Shown: piece by piece, positions 55,638 through 64,000 of the stretch
Layout: the number at the start of each line of letters is the position of its first letter
Position numbering within the stretch: position 1 is the stretch's first letter
Assembly (NCBI GenBank): GCA_002701365.1
Contig: NZUK01000009.1
Span: forward strand, 121,646 to 185,645
DNA length: 64,000 bases
Direction: 5' to 3'
Source of the DNA: Flavobacteriales bacterium
GTDB lineage: Bacteria; Bacteroidota; Bacteroidia; Flavobacteriales; TMED113
Program-made: the position numbers and the translations under genes
The notes under the pieces: generated by a model
Seen by the model: the letters and a program-made list of their open reading frames with translations, nothing else
Databases searched by the model: none
What the model was told of the DNA's origin: nothing

Positions 55638-57695
55638 ATGAAAAAAATTCTATTTATAACAATTGCATTTTGTACTTTCATAAATGCTCAAAATAAATTT
55701 AAAACAGATTCAATTCAACAATTAGAGGAAATAAATTTAATTTACAAAGCTTCCGAACTGACTCCTGTAACTTATCAAAATATTAGTCTTGAAGAAATTA
55801 AACTAAAATCCATTGGCCAAGAACCTTCATTATTTTTAAGTAATTTTCCTTCAATAGTATCTCATACAGATTGTGGTTATTCTCAAGGCTACTCATACTT
55901 TAGACTAAGAGGTATTGACCAAACCCGCATCAATATAACATTAGATGGAGTCCCACTAAATGATCCTGCTGATCAAGCATTTTATTTTTCAAATTTTGCA
56001 GATATTTTAAATAGTATTAGTAGTATACAAATTCAAAGAGGTGTTGGCACATCAAAAAATGGTTCGGCGAGTTACGCTGGAAGTATAGAGTTATTTACAC
56101 CTATTTTATCTTCTCCAAAAGAGTTAGCTGTTGGAATAGATTATGGATCCTTTAACACTATGAGAGCCTATAGTAGCTATAATTCAGGTTTAAAAGATAC
56201 TTTTTTAGGAAGAGAATACTCTAATTTCAAAACCGGTTCATATATGAGATTTTCTAAAATTATGTCTAATGGATTTAAACAACATTCGTCAAATAATTCT
56301 CATTCTTTATTTTACAGTGGGGGAATATTTAAGGATAAATCTATTTGGAAAATTAACTACTTGTTGGGACAACAAAAAAATGAATTAGCATGGATGGCAG
56401 TTTCTGAAGGAGATATAAACTGTGATAGAACTTTTAATGCAAATTCTGAATTTGAAAAAGATAATTTCACGCAACAAATAACACAATTACAAAACACCTT
56501 AATGCCAACAAAACAAAGCACGATTAAGTCTAGCTTTTACCATGTGTCTGCTGACGGATGGTGGGACTTCGATTTGCCAAATTACTATGGATTTGAGTCA
56601 ACAACTGATGATGTTTCTCGAAACACCGTTAAATCCAATTTAATCGGTCTTTATAGCAATTATAATTTTAATAATGAAAAAATTAATATCACGTCAGGAT
56701 TTCATGTAAATTCATATACTAATAATTTTACTGAGAGTCACATGAACTCTGGTGAAATCTGGAATGAAAACACTAAATATAAAAAAGAGATCAGCCTCTT
56801 TCAAAAAACTGAATACAAACTTAATTCTCTACTATTATTTTATGATCTTCAATATCGAAAGTCCTGGTTTAATTACAGTGGTAATATAGACTTTAATGAG
56901 ATAACTTGGAGTTTTTCAAATCCTAAAATTGGAATAAGTTTCAAGTTAAGGGAATCTAGTATACTTTATGCTAATATAGGTAAAACAGGTCGTGAACCAT
57001 CTAGATATGATATGTTTTATGGGAATGATGTGTTATCATACTTAGCAGAAAGTGATTCCTTAGGTAATTTAACATCCGATAGTGGTAATGAATTAATTTC
57101 TGGTATTGAACCTGAAAAAGTAACCGATTTTGAAATTGGTTTTCGACATAACTCACAAAAATTGGATTTTAATATAAATTATTATTTATTAGACTTTAAA
57201 AATGAACGTGTACTTAATGGAGCGTATGGACCTAATGGTCTAGCATTAACTAGTAATGTAGAAAAAAGTAGTAGAACTGGAATAGAATTAAATGCTTCTT
57301 ATAAAGTAGGTAAATATATTACGCTGGTTAATAATTCTTCATATAATTATAGTATCATAAAGGAAAAAAATGTTGAATTTATTCCAATTCTTTCACCACC
57401 CTTCATTATTAACCAAGAAGTCATTATAGCTAAAAACAAATTTACAGTAAGTCTAAACACCCGTTATCAAAGTAATTCATACATTAATTTTGAAAATACC
57501 GAATCTATAAATGAGTACATTTTACTCAACGGATCAATTAATTATCAATTAATTGATTTACACATAACTTTATTCATTAATAATATAACTGATAATTTCT
57601 ACTTTAATAACGGAATTGTAGATTGGGATGGCAGTAATAAGTATTTTGTTCAAGCACCAAGGAATTACCACATTTCTTTAAAATACATATTTTAA
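55638..57695 (+). CDS. TonB-dependent receptor (TPP-riboswitch controlled; putative thiamine/precursor uptake)
   Basis: Signal peptide ...FINAQ, a plug domain (RGIDQTRINITLDGVPLND) and a beta-barrel ending ...SLKYIF. Confidence 0.85.
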   Translation: MKKILFITIAFCTFINAQNKFKTDSIQQLEEINLIYKASELTPVTYQNISLEEIKLKSIGQEPSLFLSNFPSIVSHTDCGYSQGYSYFRLRGIDQTRINITLDGVPLNDPADQAFYFSNFADILNSISSIQIQRGVGTSKNGSASYAGSIELFTPILSSPKELAVGIDYGSFNTMRAYSSYNSGLKDTFLGREYSNFKTGSYMRFSKIMSNGFKQHSSNNSHSLFYSGGIFKDKSIWKINYLLGQQKNELAWMAVSEGDINCDRTFNANSEFEKDNFTQQITQLQNTLMPTKQSTIKSSFYHVSADGWWDFDLPNYYGFESTTDDVSRNTVKSNLIGLYSNYNFNNEKINITSGFHVNSYTNNFTESHMNSGEIWNENTKYKKEISLFQKTEYKLNSLLLFYDLQYRKSWFNYSGNIDFNEITWSFSNPKIGISFKLRESSILYANIGKTGREPSRYDMFYGNDVLSYLAESDSLGNLTSDSGNELISGIEPEKVTDFEIGFRHNSQKLDFNINYYLLDFKNERVLNGAYGPNGLALTSNVEKSSRTGIELNASYKVGKYITLVNNSSYNYSIIKEKNVEFIPILSPPFIINQEVIIAKNKFTVSLNTRYQSNSYINFENTESINEYILLNGSINYQLIDLHITLFINNITDNFYFNNGIVDWDGSNKYFVQAPRNYHISLKYIF

Positions 57696-58486
57696 TCTTC
57701 TGATTTACTGGCACCTTCCTTGGTGATTTCAGCAGAAACAATGCCAGTTGGAACAGCAATAATACCATAACCTAAAATCATGATAAATGACGCTATAATT
57801 TTCCCCAAAATAGTAACAGGAGTTACATCGCCATAGCCAACAGTTGTAAGGGTTACAATAGCCCAGTAAATTGAATCTGGCAAAGTATCAAATCCATTTT
57901 TTTGACCTTCTATAACATACATTAAAGACCCTAAAACAACTGACACTAAAACAACAAATAAAAGAAAAGATAAAATTTTAGGTCTAGATTTTGCTAATGC
58001 TATCATCATCATGTTACCGCCAGTAACATACTTCTTAAGCTTGAACACTCTAAAAACCCTAATTAAACGTAGAATTCTAATATCAATTAGAACAGCAAGA
58101 GGTGGATATAAAGTGCTGAGATAAGTTGGCATGATAGCTAAAAAATCAATTAAACCCCACGATGAAAATATATATTTCAAACGTTTTTTAGCAGAATAAA
58201 TTCTTAAAAAATATTCAATTGTAAATGCTAGTGTAAAAAACCATTCTATTAAGAATAATAAAGTGCCATATTTTGCTGCTATAGATGGAACACTCTCAAG
58301 AATTACTGCAAAACAAGACAAAAGTATAAATATCAAAAGCCATACATCAAAAAGGTAGGCAGATCGACCATTTGTTGTGAAAATAATGTTATTTAACTTA
58401 TTTCTAATATTTTTTTTTCTAGCCAAATTATTACAATTTAAACTCAAATATATAATTTTATTAAATTCAATAATCCCAACATGCAA
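57692..58486 (-). CDS. voltage-gated K+ channel (6TM, Kv-like)
   Basis: S4 with basic residues at every third position (RILRLIRVFRVFKLKK) and the selectivity filter TTVGYGD. The only in-frame start upstream of S1 is TTG at 58486. Confidence 0.85.
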   Translation of the reverse strand: MHVGIIEFNKIIYLSLNCNNLARKKNIRNKLNNIIFTTNGRSAYLFDVWLLIFILLSCFAVILESVPSIAAKYGTLLFLIEWFFTLAFTIEYFLRIYSAKKRLKYIFSSWGLIDFLAIMPTYLSTLYPPLAVLIDIRILRLIRVFRVFKLKKYVTGGNMMMIALAKSRPKILSFLLFVVLVSVVLGSLMYVIEGQKNGFDTLPDSIYWAIVTLTTVGYGDVTPVTILGKIIASFIMILGYGIIAVPTGIVSAEITKEGASKSED

Positions 58487-58615
58487 GAAAAAAACTATAA
58501 TCTCATATTAATTTTTGGACTAATTATAACTGTATTAGGATTATTAACACAAAAGTTTTTGTTTTTATTATTAATCTTGCCTTTCGGACTAAAATTATTC
58601 AGAAAATAAAAAACA

Positions 58616-59629
58616 CTAAGGAAAACAGCAACAATTCTCAGTTCCAATATCAGAACAACAACTACTTGAATTACAAAATTTACAGACATTCAAATTAGAT
58701 AAATCAATGTTAAAAACAGCAAAAACTCCTCTGTGGTCAGACTCATAATTATCAATCATAACATCAGACACATCATCCGGCCCTACAATACTAACTAAAT
58801 CAAGGTCCAGAAATGAAGAGTTATTAAAATAAATAAAATCAATTCTATCATGTACCTCTCCTAAAGAAATATTTGGTGTCCAAGTATAACCGGTGTTACT
58901 AATTGGGTTAGGATATAAATGACGATAAGCATCAATTAACCCAGTATTTTGCATTTTATTTGACGTAGGCCAATTAACAACAAATTGAGAAATATCATCT
59001 TGCAAATAAAAAGACATGGGATTTTCTGCGCCTAACACCCAATCTAAATGTGATGGTTCATTAAAATCACCTGTAACAATAATAGGCATATTTTCACTAC
59101 AAAAAGATAACTCAGAAACTAATTGAGAAGACTCTATACCACGAGCCTGTTCAGCTTGATAAATTGCCTGAGACGCTGTAGTAATTAATGTATCTCTTAT
59201 GTCATAAGGTTGATAAGGATATGCAGGTAGATGCACATTGAAAAAATTAATATAAACAGCTTCATTTAAAAAAATTCTACAATGTATATCACTAATAACC
59301 TCAATAGGGTATTTAGAAAAGATAGCGACACTTTCATTGATATTCCCTGAGTAACAATAATTAAATCTATCAGCAATATGTATTCCCATTTCATAGGATT
59401 CCTGTAAGCCGATTATATCAGGTTGTAATTCTTCGATAACTTGAGAGCAACTGCCTAAAGATGTTCCATTTAACCTGTTAAAAGATAATACAGATAATGT
59501 TTTACTATTTAATTCTCCAGAACCACAAAGTGAAATGTATGCTTGTCCATCACTATCAACAATAGAATTGTTTTTTTCACAAGAAATAATAAAAAAAACT
59601 ATAAAAATGATGTATTTATAAGTATGCAT
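58616..59629 (-). CDS. endonuclease/exonuclease/phosphatase (EEP) family lipoprotein with Cys-rich C-terminal tail
   Basis: Lipobox FFIISC. EEP motifs (IIGLQE, GDFNE, SDHRGV). The tail is CKFCNSSSCCSDIGTENCCCFP. Confidence 0.7.
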   Translation of the reverse strand: MHTYKYIIFIVFFIISCEKNNSIVDSDGQAYISLCGSGELNSKTLSVLSFNRLNGTSLGSCSQVIEELQPDIIGLQESYEMGIHIADRFNYCYSGNINESVAIFSKYPIEVISDIHCRIFLNEAVYINFFNVHLPAYPYQPYDIRDTLITTASQAIYQAEQARGIESSQLVSELSFCSENMPIIVTGDFNEPSHLDWVLGAENPMSFYLQDDISQFVVNWPTSNKMQNTGLIDAYRHLYPNPISNTGYTWTPNISLGEVHDRIDFIYFNNSSFLDLDLVSIVGPDDVSDVMIDNYESDHRGVFAVFNIDLSNLNVCKFCNSSSCCSDIGTENCCCFP

Positions 59630-59672
59630 AATGCTAAATTAAGTTAATAATATTAGATTTGGAAACATTATT

Positions 59673-61265
59673 ATGGATTCAAAAGAAAAAAAACGTTTAT
59701 TGTTATCGAATTTATTTCATCATCTAGATGGCATTGTTTTAATTCCGACAATTCTAGAATTAGAAAAAAAACAGATTCTTAATCATATCTTAAATAATGG
59801 AAAAAGCAAATTATCTGATTTAAGTAATAGATTTTCAGCGAACGAAGGTTATTTAAATGTCGCATTGAGACTGCTGTGTTCACAAAATATCTTAGAACAA
59901 GAACATGTAAATGAAGATATTATATTTAAAGACATTAAGCTTCAAAAATGGATGTCACTAAACATAGCAAATAAATATAAAATTACCGCTCCCTTATACG
60001 CTAATGAAATTAATTATAGTAATATCTGTGATGACACTGATTCCGATAAAATAAACAATTCTATTCTGGCAAAAACAATAAGTAATTACATACATAACAC
60101 AGAACAAAATAAACTGATTTTTAAAAATGTAGATTTTGATTTTAATTGGCAAAAACATATTGAAGGAATAATTGTAGCACCAATTTTAGTTTGTTTGGCA
60201 AGAAAAAAAATGTTTACAAATGTTGAAATAGGGCATGAATTAAATTTAAATATTCATAACGAATGGAGTAAAATTCTGATGAATTTATTTTATCATGTTG
60301 GTATTATTGACGTTAAAAATAATATCAGTGAATATGGGAATTTTCTTTTAAAACGTGTTACTTCTTATGGTGTAACCGTATCTTATTTGCCAACATTAAA
60401 AAATATTAGCCATTTACTTTATGGTGATAATTCAAATAGATGGGAAAATAACTCTACTGAAGAAACACATGTTGACAGAAGTATGAATGTATGGGGAAGT
60501 GGAGGAGCACACCACACATACTTTAAAAAAGTTGATCAAATCATTATAGACCTATTCAATTTACCTATTGAACACCAACCAAAAGGTTTTATAGACATTG
60601 GATGTGGAAATGGGAAGTTAATTGAACATATTTTTGATTTAATCTATTATAAAACTAAAAGAGGAAAATATTTAGAATCAAACCCATTATTCATTGTGGG
60701 CAGTGATTTTAATTATAAAGCCTTAGAAGCCACAAATGAAACAATTAATAAAGCAGATATTTGGGCAAAAACTGCTTTTGGTGATATTAGTGACCCTGAT
60801 AGCTTAGCAAAAAAATTAAAAGAGAAACATGACATACAACTTAGTGACTTATTAAACGTAAGATCTTTTTTAGATCATAATAGAATTTACACTGCTCCTA
60901 AAAAAAACTACAATAAAATTAGTAACTCAACAGGTTCGTTTTGCTATCAAGGAATTAGAATTAAAAATAAAGATTTAGAACAAAACTTAAAAGAACATTT
61001 TGCAAAATGGGCACCGTATTTAAAAAAATATGGTCTCCTAATAGTAGAATTACATACCATTGACCCCGCAGTTTCTGCTAAAAATATTGGGAAAAATGCA
61101 ATAACTGCATATGACGCAACTCATGGCTTTTCAGACCAATACATTATTGAATATGAATTGTTTTTAAAAATTGCATTAGAAACAGGCCTAAAACCCGATC
61201 CTCAACATGAATATACATTTCCTAGCAGGGATATTCCTATTGTTAGCATAAATCGATTATTGTAA
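59673..61265 (+). CDS. large class-I SAM-dependent methyltransferase with duplicated N-terminal helical module
   Basis: SAM motif I (FIDIGCGNGKL) lies at about aa 305. The N-terminal half has two related segments (LFHHLDGIVLIPTILELEKK / WQKHIEGIIVAPILVCLARKK). Confidence 0.6.
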   Translation: MDSKEKKRLLLSNLFHHLDGIVLIPTILELEKKQILNHILNNGKSKLSDLSNRFSANEGYLNVALRLLCSQNILEQEHVNEDIIFKDIKLQKWMSLNIANKYKITAPLYANEINYSNICDDTDSDKINNSILAKTISNYIHNTEQNKLIFKNVDFDFNWQKHIEGIIVAPILVCLARKKMFTNVEIGHELNLNIHNEWSKILMNLFYHVGIIDVKNNISEYGNFLLKRVTSYGVTVSYLPTLKNISHLLYGDNSNRWENNSTEETHVDRSMNVWGSGGAHHTYFKKVDQIIIDLFNLPIEHQPKGFIDIGCGNGKLIEHIFDLIYYKTKRGKYLESNPLFIVGSDFNYKALEATNETINKADIWAKTAFGDISDPDSLAKKLKEKHDIQLSDLLNVRSFLDHNRIYTAPKKNYNKISNSTGSFCYQGIRIKNKDLEQNLKEHFAKWAPYLKKYGLLIVELHTIDPAVSAKNIGKNAITAYDATHGFSDQYIIEYELFLKIALETGLKPDPQHEYTFPSRDIPIVSINRLL

Positions 61266-62279
61266 TAAATTTTGGTTATTCACGTAACCTCTCCACTTTA
61301 AAATAACACTATCCATATCCTGTGGTAAATTAGAGTCAAAAGAAACCTTTTTATTGGTTTTAGGATGTATAAAACTTAATTGGATAGCATGAAGTGCTTG
61401 ACGAGGCAAAATTTTAAAACAATTTGTAACGAATTGCTTATACTTAGAAAACGTAGTTCCTCTTAATATTTTATCACCACCATAATCATAATCATTAAAT
61501 AAAGGATGTCCTACGTGTTTCATATGAACACGAATTTGGTGCGTCCTTCCCGTTTCTAATTGACATTCAACTAGTGTCACATATCTAAAACGTTCTATCA
61601 CCTTATAGTGAGTAACTGCATGTTTTCCTTCTTCTGAATTTTGAAAAACATCCATTAATTTTCGATTTTTTTTATTTCTTCCAATATTTCCTACTATAGT
61701 ACCAGCATCATCGTTAACGTCTCCCCAAACCAAGGCTAAATAGGTTCTTTTAATTGTTCTAGATGCAAATTGTTCTGAAAGATAGTTTAATGAAAAGTTG
61801 TTTCTTGCCACGACCATTAAACCTGTAGTGTTTTTATCTAACCTATGCACCAGACCAGGCCTTTGATTATCCGCAGACTGACTAATATCACTATACTTAT
61901 ATAAAAGTGCATGAACTAAAGTCCCTGTATAATGACCATAACTAGGGTGTACCACCATATCACTAGCTTTATTAACGACTACAATATCTTTATCTTCAAA
62001 AACTATATCTAAGGGAATATCTTCGGGAATAATTTCTTTATTGAATGGCTCATATTCAAAACGAATACTAATTTTATCATATGGTTTGACTTTATAATTT
62101 GATTTTACAGTATTATTATTACAAAAAACATAGCCCGACGATATAGATTTTTGAATTTTAGTTCTACTAGTATTTGGTAATCTGAGTAATAAAAATTTAT
62201 CAATCCTAATTAAATCATGATTTTTTTCAACTTCAAAAAAATGATGCTCATACAAAGAATCACTATCAGATTGTTCCAT
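61257..62279 (-). CDS. rluD: RluA/RluD-family 23S rRNA pseudouridine synthase
   Basis: S4-like N-terminus (RIDKFL), the catalytic motif HRLDKNTTGL and GRTHQIRVH. Confidence 0.85.
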   Translation of the reverse strand: MEQSDSDSLYEHHFFEVEKNHDLIRIDKFLLLRLPNTSRTKIQKSISSGYVFCNNNTVKSNYKVKPYDKISIRFEYEPFNKEIIPEDIPLDIVFEDKDIVVVNKASDMVVHPSYGHYTGTLVHALLYKYSDISQSADNQRPGLVHRLDKNTTGLMVVARNNFSLNYLSEQFASRTIKRTYLALVWGDVNDDAGTIVGNIGRNKKNRKLMDVFQNSEEGKHAVTHYKVIERFRYVTLVECQLETGRTHQIRVHMKHVGHPLFNDYDYGGDKILRGTTFSKYKQFVTNCFKILPRQALHAIQLSFIHPKTNKKVSFDSNLPQDMDSVILKWRGYVNNQNLLQ

Positions 62280-62285
62280 TTTTAA

Positions 62286-63035
62286 TTAATTTAAAGAGTC
62301 TTTAAGCCAAATACTAATATAAGACCCTAATTCTAATCTATTACTAGCTTCAGGATCCTGTTTATATATGATAGCTGTAGCAGTGTCTGTAATATTATTG
62401 GCAAAAACACAAGATCCTAAATTAAGAGAGTTATAATTTAATTTTCTCTTAATTTCATTATACTCAAGTCCAATTAAATTAGGAATAATAATATTTTTAT
62501 CATAGCCATTTCCTACATATAAATCTACAATAGTGAACTTTGGCAAGCTATCGATAGAGCTAACTTGTTTTTGATTCACTTTAGCAAACCTAACAACATC
62601 CTTAGCATAATAATCTACATAGTGTAAATCACCCACTCTAAATGCATGATTCTCTAGTAAACTTATTGCTTGTCTTAATGATTTATTTGTTAAATAAGGT
62701 AATGGAATATAATTTACAGTGATAGGATTTATTGTTAAATAAATTTTTCTACCAGGCTTAACCTGGGAATTTGCCTTTGGTTGATGCGACAATATAGATC
62801 CACGATCATAATTAGGATTATAGGCAGCTGAATCTAAAATAACATATTGCAAATCAATTTTTTTTAAGGTATCCTCAGTTTCATTTAAATTTAATCCAAT
62901 TAGAGAGGGGACATGAATAATACTATTATGACGAGTATATTTTTTCAAACTAAAATCTATGGTTTTCACAATTAAAAAAAATACAATAACTGCAGAAAAA
63001 AATAAAAAAAATAAAAACCGATATTTTAATTGCAT
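62286..63035 (-). CDS. membrane-anchored protein with three PASTA-like domains
   Basis: N-terminal TM helix, then three ~65-aa repeats each beginning with a P.L.G pattern (VPSLIGLNLNE.., PLPYLTNKSLRQ.., IPNLIGLEYNE..). Confidence 0.65.
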   Translation of the reverse strand: MQLKYRFLFFLFFSAVIVFFLIVKTIDFSLKKYTRHNSIIHVPSLIGLNLNETEDTLKKIDLQYVILDSAAYNPNYDRGSILSHQPKANSQVKPGRKIYLTINPITVNYIPLPYLTNKSLRQAISLLENHAFRVGDLHYVDYYAKDVVRFAKVNQKQVSSIDSLPKFTIVDLYVGNGYDKNIIIPNLIGLEYNEIKRKLNYNSLNLGSCVFANNITDTATAIIYKQDPEASNRLELGSYISIWLKDSLN

Positions 63036-63143
63036 AATTTCATCTTAAATTGAAATCAAATATATTTATTCTCTATTAAAGAATATACTATTTTTTAAAA
63101 AAACAAATTCTATATTTAAATAGTTTAATATCTTACATGTGTC

Positions 63144-64000
63144 ATGGAAAATATTGCAATTGTTATGGGAGGCAGTTCAAAAGAGAAAGAAATTTCTTTA
63201 AAAAGTGCTGAAACAATTTATGAGTATATTGATAGAACACTATATAAGCCATATAAAGTATTATGTGTCAATAAATATGAATTTGAAGTCATTGATTATA
63301 ATAAAAATATTCCCATCCAACTCAAAGACTTTTCATTTATATTAAACCAAAATAGAATTCAATTTGATAAAGTCTATATGATTATACATGGAGATCCTGG
63401 AGAAAATGGAAAACTCTGTAGTTATTTCGAACAACTTAATATACCGTATACATCATGCAATACTAGCACTTCAGAATTAACATTTAACAAGTTCAAATGC
63501 AACACACATTTAAGAAAGTTAGGATTTATGGTTCCTGAGTCTGAAATCATTCAGGACAAAAAAATAAAAAATATTCAATTTCCTTGTATTATTAAACCAG
63601 CATGTAGCGGATCAAGTTTTGGCATTACCAAAGTGCACAATGATGATGAACTAGAAAAAGCTATATATGAAGCAAAAAAATATGACAGACATATTATTCA
63701 AGAACAATTTATAAAAGGTAGAGAAATAACATGTGCCGTATTTAATAGTAAAAAAACTATAAAAACGTTGCCAATAACAGAGATTATTAGTGAAAATGAC
63801 ATTTTTGATTATGACGCTAAGTATCATGGAAAATCCAAAGAAATAACACCTGCAAATCTTGATCAAAAAATTGAAAAAAAAATAGCTAAAACCTCAAAAG
63901 AAGTTTATAAAAAACTAAAACTATCAGGCATAGTTCGTATTGATTTCATAATCGACAATCAGTCTCCATATATTATTGAAATAAATAGTATTCCTGGATT
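63144..64000 (+). CDS. ddl: D-alanine--D-alanine ligase (3' end outside window)
   Basis: Not in the ORF track because it has no stop. The frame is open from ATG 63144 to the window end. Translation: MENIAIVMGGSSKEKEISLKSA..HGDPGENGKLCSYFEQLNIPYTSC..IIKPACSGSSFGITKV..RIDFII..EINSIPG. Confidence 0.9.
   Translation, partial: MENIAIVMGGSSKEKEISLKSAETIYEYIDRTLYKPYKVLCVNKYEFEVIDYNKNIPIQLKDFSFILNQNRIQFDKVYMIIHGDPGENGKLCSYFEQLNIPYTSCNTSTSELTFNKFKCNTHLRKLGFMVPESEIIQDKKIKNIQFPCIIKPACSGSSFGITKVHNDDELEKAIYEAKKYDRHIIQEQFIKGREITCAVFNSKKTIKTLPITEIISENDIFDYDAKYHGKSKEITPANLDQKIEKKIAKTSKEVYKKLKLSGIVRIDFIIDNQSPYIIEINSIPG

Noticed and set aside
1-64000. Search for CRISPR arrays, tandem or interspersed repeats, IS elements, integrases, phage genes, tRNA/rRNA genes and known defence-system signatures (restriction-modification, Abi, CBASS, retron-like, toxin-antitoxin).
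   Set aside because: None found by eye. There are no repeat-spacer periodicity, no transposase, recombinase or nuclease-helicase-type ORFs and no tRNA T-loop motifs outside CDSs. The only extended non-coding stretch is rnpB. A computational repeat, tRNAscan and defence-finder scan would be needed to be definitive.

Overview
The window is AT-rich (roughly 30% G+C by eye, not computed) and very gene-dense, about 96% coding. It has the hallmarks of a Bacteroidota/Flavobacteriia chromosome: a T9SS type-B sorting domain, recurrent TAnnTTTG -7 promoter boxes, no Shine-Dalgarno sequences, a relA-fur-purA run, an amidase/LptD divergon, a PASTA-rluD-ddl neighbourhood, a fused E1 alpha/beta dehydrogenase and bshA. 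I support 57 protein genes, almost all housekeeping. They cover purine, aromatic, lysine and peptidoglycan synthesis, histidine and glycine catabolism, the TCA cycle, translation, DNA repair and envelope biogenesis. I also support one RNase P RNA (minus strand, about 36409..36774), one TPP riboswitch in front of a TonB-dependent receptor, and three clear intrinsic terminators. I found no tRNA, rRNA, CRISPR array, transposase, integrase, prophage or recognisable defence or toxin system, so this looks like core genome rather than an accessory island. No single obvious novel system stands out. The items most worth a second look are these. (1) Two LPS-transport genes (OstA/LptA-like and LptD) have signal peptides encoded upstream of any canonical start codon. 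(2) A membrane HdrD-like Fe-S pair (TM + 2x[4Fe-4S] and a CCG subunit) is split by a small HAD phosphatase. (3) A heptaheme c-type cytochrome-TPR lipoprotein sits between dapF and mltG. (4) comA (phosphosulfolactate synthase) overlaps a rhodanese by 1 nt, with comB 10 kb away in a gcvT operon. (5) An orphan strong terminator lies upstream of trmD-rplS. (6) A 530-aa methyltransferase has a duplicated N-terminal module. (7) A stand-alone triple-PASTA membrane protein lies next to ddl. All functional calls come from motif recognition by eye. No database search was run.
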